NCBI GenBank assembly: GCA_022822785.1
Contig: JAJEAL010000134.1
Coordinates: 75,349 to 139,348, forward strand
Direction: 5' to 3'
Source of the DNA: Candidatus Poribacteria bacterium
GTDB lineage: Bacteria > Poribacteria > WGA-4E > PCPOR2b
DNA length: 64,000 nucleotides
Below, piece by piece: positions 60,434 through 64,000 of this stretch (position 1 is its first letter; every line of letters starts with the position of its first letter). A program made the translations under genes and the position numbers. Under the pieces are notes generated by a model. That model saw only the letters and a program-made list of their open reading frames with translations. It did no database searches and had not been told where the DNA came from.

Positions 60434-61648
60434 TTAGAGTGGGCAAATTCCATCTACTTGGATAGTAGAAGGTTCAACATTTGTATACTGCTGGGGGCGA
60501 CGCCCTTTGAATCTGACTTGTAACCGCTTTGAGTCTAGAAGCCTTAAATCCAATTGAAGTACATCTCCGACTGTGTTTGACAGTTTCAAATAAAGCACCG
60601 AAATTAAACGGGCGAATTTCTTGAACCTCCCGGCCGGTTGTCCAAAAGACTGATAGAGCTGTGGGATAGGGGATTCGAGAATTTGTAGACCGGTTTCATG
60701 GTATGATGAACTTCCGCCCCCAATAAAAGCCTCTAACATTCTTTGATTTATTAGATCAGATTGATCGAACCAAGGACTGACAGTCTCTAGCTTTTCATCA
60801 AGAAGAATCCTTCTTGCTCGCATTTTGGCAATCTGATCTGGTGAGATGTTGTTGAACGCCATATCATCAAGGGGATTGCTCTGTTGTCTACGACTATCTT
60901 CCTCCAAAACAACTTTCCAAACGGTTTGAGAGCTAGACGTAGCTTGAGAGATCTCCCGTGGACTTACCCAGGCGGCCTCCTCCCATAGCGCAAAAGCAAG
61001 TCTGTTACGAATAGGCACTATGCCACCACGATTGTTCCGCAATGAACGAAGAAAGGCAACTTCGTCGGGCGATGCTGGAAGCAATTCAAGAGAGATTTCT
61101 GTTGCCCCCCAATGCATATTTTGAAATGGGATAAAATACGGTTTCCCATCTTCTGTGTGGAACAGTACAAATTCACCAGGATCGCTCTCTGCGGCAGTCA
61201 AGGTTGATATATTAGCGTTCACTGGCTGTGATGCAGTGCCCGACAGTTTCTCCACTAAAGCTTGGTAAATTTCTTCCATGTTCGTCGGATCTAAATCAAG
61301 ATATCCGACTGTTGGCAAAATTCCCGGAATCTCTGTGTCATCAATACGAATTGGAAGAATATACTCCTCGTTTTCCTGAAATGCCCTTGCTTGAGCATTT
61401 TGGAGTTCGTGTTGCGCCCATAATTTCTGTGCATAGTGTTCAGACAGGAATATGACACAGTAACGCGCTTGATCCTTGTAAACCGATGAAAAGTGAACGT
61501 AGAGATCTTTACCCCAAAGTTGCGCCCGTTCAAATTCGTCATAAAAGACGGAATACCCCTCTGCTTGGAGACGGTTGGCTAGCTGTTCAGCGTAGGGACG
61601 ATCTTCTCCAGCAAAGGACAAGGCAACATCGTATTGTTTTTCTGTCAT
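60434..61648 (-). CDS. TIR-domain protein (canonical TIR_2 N-terminus) with an uncharacterised ~260-aa C-terminal domain
   Basis: 404 aa, YDVALSFAGEDR...YSVFYDEFE...CVIFLSEHYAQKLWAQHEL TIR signature. Confidence 0.65.
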   Translation of the reverse strand: MTEKQYDVALSFAGEDRPYAEQLANRLQAEGYSVFYDEFERAQLWGKDLYVHFSSVYKDQARYCVIFLSEHYAQKLWAQHELQNAQARAFQENEEYILPIRIDDTEIPGILPTVGYLDLDPTNMEEIYQALVEKLSGTASQPVNANISTLTAAESDPGEFVLFHTEDGKPYFIPFQNMHWGATEISLELLPASPDEVAFLRSLRNNRGGIVPIRNRLAFALWEEAAWVSPREISQATSSSQTVWKVVLEEDSRRQQSNPLDDMAFNNISPDQIAKMRARRILLDEKLETVSPWFDQSDLINQRMLEAFIGGGSSSYHETGLQILESPIPQLYQSFGQPAGRFKKFARLISVLYLKLSNTVGDVLQLDLRLLDSKRLQVRFKGRRPQQYTNVEPSTIQVDGICPL

Positions 61649-61818
61649 TTTTTACCCTTCCTCAACATATTTTGATTTTTGATTTACTATTCCTGATAAT
61701 ATACCATATAATGTTAAGTATACCCTACAGATGTTAAGTTTGCAATTGTCGCGGGTTAACGGAGAACATGGGTTCAAAAAAACAGCATCGGCAACACTTA
61801 ATCCTCGCAATTGTCTGA

Positions 61819-62862
61819 CTACCCACGAATACCAAAGAATCCCTCAATCACATTGCCCCACTTCGACCAAATTTCAGCCAAGCCTCCACCTGCACTGAGA
61901 GTCGCAGCAAGTGCTGATAAGGTAGGCTTGATGAGCCCTGCTTTTCTGCCGGGTGGTGCTAATGTGGCTTGTGCACTGAGTAACTCCAACTGTTCTAGGA
62001 TTTCAAGCTGTTGTTGTGATGAGATATCTTGGCTCGCTGTTATGGCTTCAATTAAATTCTTGAATGCTTCTGCTATCTGATGTTGATTAAAATCAACTAG
62101 AGTGGAAACGTTTACAGCAATTGATTCGACTTGCTTTATCTCTCCTGCGTTCAACATTCCTACTGTGCTGTTGGATATTTCGACTTTCATTTCAGTTCCT
62201 CCTTTCTGGATTAGTTGTTTAATGTTGAACGTAATGTTGCTCGCAGTTTCCTTCTCGTTTGCAGAAAAAACTAGTCCTTCTCCAAGAATGCCGTTTTCCT
62301 CTAATTTCAAAGCCCATTCTAAAATTATGTTTCTGACAGCCTCTTGGATTTTACGAAATTGAGACTTAGGAACATGGCATTCAGGTTCAGAATTAATATC
62401 TCCAAGATGTTCGCAAAGTTTAAGTTTTAGATCATCGGGAAAGGTTATCTTAACAAGAGAGGAACTTTTGTTGTCAAGTATAGTTTCTATTACTCCAATT
62501 GGATCGAGGACTGACCTTCTTGATAATCGTTTGCCTTCTTCAGGTGATTCAAATGTCCATGGTACCAACCTCTGATTAAGAAGAAGCCTAACCTTTAATT
62601 CCCCATCTACCCAGCGGTATTTAGGCAGCTTTTCCAATCTGTTTTCAGGACAATCCCAATCTAACTCTGCTAGATGATAATAACCGTTCAATTCTAACTC
62701 AATCCACTTTTCAAACTCTTGAATTTTCAGTTTTTTAGCTGCTACGAGTGCTTTTCTCAGTAAGTTGGAAATACTAATATCTGCATTGAGTGCATCACGT
62801 TGTAGTTCTATAATTAATGAGTCCATGAAAGAATCCCTACCTTTCAAAATTATACCGCTCAA
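61819..62862 (-). CDS. AbiTii-like abortive-infection protein
   Basis: 347 aa, N-terminal LLRKALVAAKKLKIQEFEKWIELELNGY resembles the AbiTii domain signature. Confidence 0.5.
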   Translation of the reverse strand: MSGIILKGRDSFMDSLIIELQRDALNADISISNLLRKALVAAKKLKIQEFEKWIELELNGYYHLAELDWDCPENRLEKLPKYRWVDGELKVRLLLNQRLVPWTFESPEEGKRLSRRSVLDPIGVIETILDNKSSSLVKITFPDDLKLKLCEHLGDINSEPECHVPKSQFRKIQEAVRNIILEWALKLEENGILGEGLVFSANEKETASNITFNIKQLIQKGGTEMKVEISNSTVGMLNAGEIKQVESIAVNVSTLVDFNQHQIAEAFKNLIEAITASQDISSQQQLEILEQLELLSAQATLAPPGRKAGLIKPTLSALAATLSAGGGLAEIWSKWGNVIEGFFGIRG

Positions 62863-63029
62863 TCTCTCAAATAATAGTATCAGAGACTATACTGAATTAT
62901 AGCAGCTACAATTTGGGAAGGCAAGTTAAAAATTGCTCTTGTCACTATATATTGTATATTAATTAGCATTTATACACAATATATGGAAAAATTTACCATG
63001 TTGATTGTCCTATTTCAAAACTTAACTGC

Positions 63030-64000
63030 TTAGGTTTTCAGGCTTTTTTCTTTACCGAGCCTGTCAGTAACATGTACTATGAAATCGTCCAAAATTTGCT
63101 CATAACAATCTACAAGTCCAAGAGGTTTTAAGATTAGCATATCGAAGATTTTCCTATCGGAGGCATTTATCTCCTGATCAATTGGCATTACCTCTCTCTT
63201 AGATAGAATGTTAAATGCCTCTATGATTTCGGCAGCTTCTCTATCGGAGAAATTTGAGGGATTGGGAATTAGAAGTGGTTTTATTTCAGGCCCGTATATG
63301 TTAATTCGACCACTTACATTGATACGTCCCATAAGTTCAAGCAGAAAGTACGCTAAAGTTGAGTTGAGCAACGCCGCGGCAAGTTCGCTTGTTTTACGAT
63401 TCCGAAATTTGCCATGAAAAAACATGTCACCTATACGGAAATGATTTTTGTTCAGTGGCACAAAAAATCTCGATCGGATAAGTCTAGGAATTATAAAATC
63501 TCCACCCTCTTGATCCGGAACAGCATACCAAATACTTCTATTACGAATTGTGCTGGCTTGGGGTAAGGGAACGCCCCCGACTGTATGAGACGCTTTTTTG
63601 CTAGTCTTTAAATTTTCACCATATTTGATATATGCTAAGGTTCCCTTTGCAGCCCGCTTTCTTAGTTCCGTTTTAGACAGATCACAAAGGAATATACGTT
63701 TTTGAATATGAGGAGTTTCAATGACAAGCCGCTCTATCTCGTGCATTGAAGTTATAACAGGCTTGAGAAACTCCTCCTCAATCCTCTGCTCCTGAACCTT
63801 TTGATCATCAAGGTAGAAAAACTCATTTGCCCCCGTTGTAAAACCGCGCCGCACGTCTGCAACATCTCCCAAACGAACCAACTTATCCTTCCCCTTTTCT
63901 ATAATTGTCCAGTAGATGTCCGGGGCGCGGAGATACTTTCCGCCCCACTTGTCGCCTGTATACTTTGGGTTGGGAGCGGTATCATCGCTGCCCGTTTTCA
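63030..64000 (-). CDS. C-terminal region (target-recognition part) of an Eco57I-like N6-adenine DNA methyltransferase / type IIG restriction enzyme. The gene continues past the window end.
   Basis: LGDVADVRRGFTTGANEFFYL motif. The frame stays open upstream of the ORF-table TTG start through 64000 (...YLRAPDIYWTIIEKGKDKLVRLGD...). Confidence 0.6.
   Translation of the reverse strand, partial: KTGSDDTAPNPKYTGDKWGGKYLRAPDIYWTIIEKGKDKLVRLGDVADVRRGFTTGANEFFYLDDQKVQEQRIEEEFLKPVITSMHEIERLVIETPHIQKRIFLCDLSKTELRKRAAKGTLAYIKYGENLKTSKKASHTVGGVPLPQASTIRNRSIWYAVPDQEGGDFIIPRLIRSRFFVPLNKNHFRIGDMFFHGKFRNRKTSELAAALLNSTLAYFLLELMGRINVSGRINIYGPEIKPLLIPNPSNFSDREAAEIIEAFNILSKREVMPIDQEINASDRKIFDMLILKPLGLVDCYEQILDDFIVHVTDRLGKEKSLKT

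Noticed and set aside
1-64000. CRISPR arrays, rRNA, tRNA or tmRNA genes
   Set aside because: No regularly spaced direct repeats with unique spacers and no tRNA-like cloverleaf segments were noticed in intergenic regions. An exhaustive scan (tRNAscan, CRISPR finders) was not possible by eye.

Overview
The window has three parts. (1) 1..15,500: a conserved ribosomal super-operon on the minus strand. In transcription order it is rpsL-rpsG-fusA-tuf-rpsJ-rplCDWB-rpsS-rplV-rpsC-rplP-rpmC-rpsQ-rplNXE-rpsN-rpsH-rplFR-rpsE-rplO-secY. There is no rpmD (L30), S14 is the Zn-type Z form, and L24 has a Cys4 tail. (2) 15,700..45,100: metabolic and accessory genes. These include MoxR, PhyH, a YitJ-like HMT/MTHFR fusion, a five-gene plus-strand operon built around an unknown 674-aa protein with BKACE, GMC and TIM-barrel enzymes, a PD40 propeller protein, MFS, core-MetE, Macro, HyuA, CocE/NonD and Uma2. 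A 1,370-aa secreted giant carries cytochrome-c CXXCH sites, leucine-rich repeats, cohesin, dockerin and a T9SS C-terminal domain, and is flanked by a family of short hairpin repeats. A sugar-acid/lactone-type cluster follows (AKR, enolase-superfamily, amidohydrolase-2, creatininase fragment). (3) 45,266..52,950: a co-directional cluster encoding ECF sigma factor, lipoprotein, TonB-dependent-receptor-like OMP, anti-sigma factor and a 1,105-aa secreted protein with two caspase (C14) domains, sixteen-residue Gly-rich repeats and an OMP-like C-terminus. Then from 53,067 to the window end lies what looks like a horizontally acquired defence island. Its genes are: an RHH protein plus a PLD-nuclease/SNF2-helicase fusion, flanked by an identical 16-nt hairpin repeat; a Schlafen-like AlbA_2/HATPase protein coupled to a DNPH1/NDT-fold protein; a Panacea-like small ORF; a 3-TM protein plus two TIR-family proteins with no ThsA; an AbiTii-like protein; and the C-terminal half of an Eco57I-like MTase or type IIG enzyme that runs off the window. 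No rRNA, tRNA or CRISPR array was recognised. The most novel candidates are the Schlafen-like/NDT pair, the TIR-TIR-membrane module, the PLD-SNF2 cassette and the sigma-regulated caspase OMP. Gene content (LRR, cohesin/dockerin, T9SS CTD, PhyH, GMC) suggests an FCB-group or sponge-symbiont-like candidate phylum, but this is inference only.
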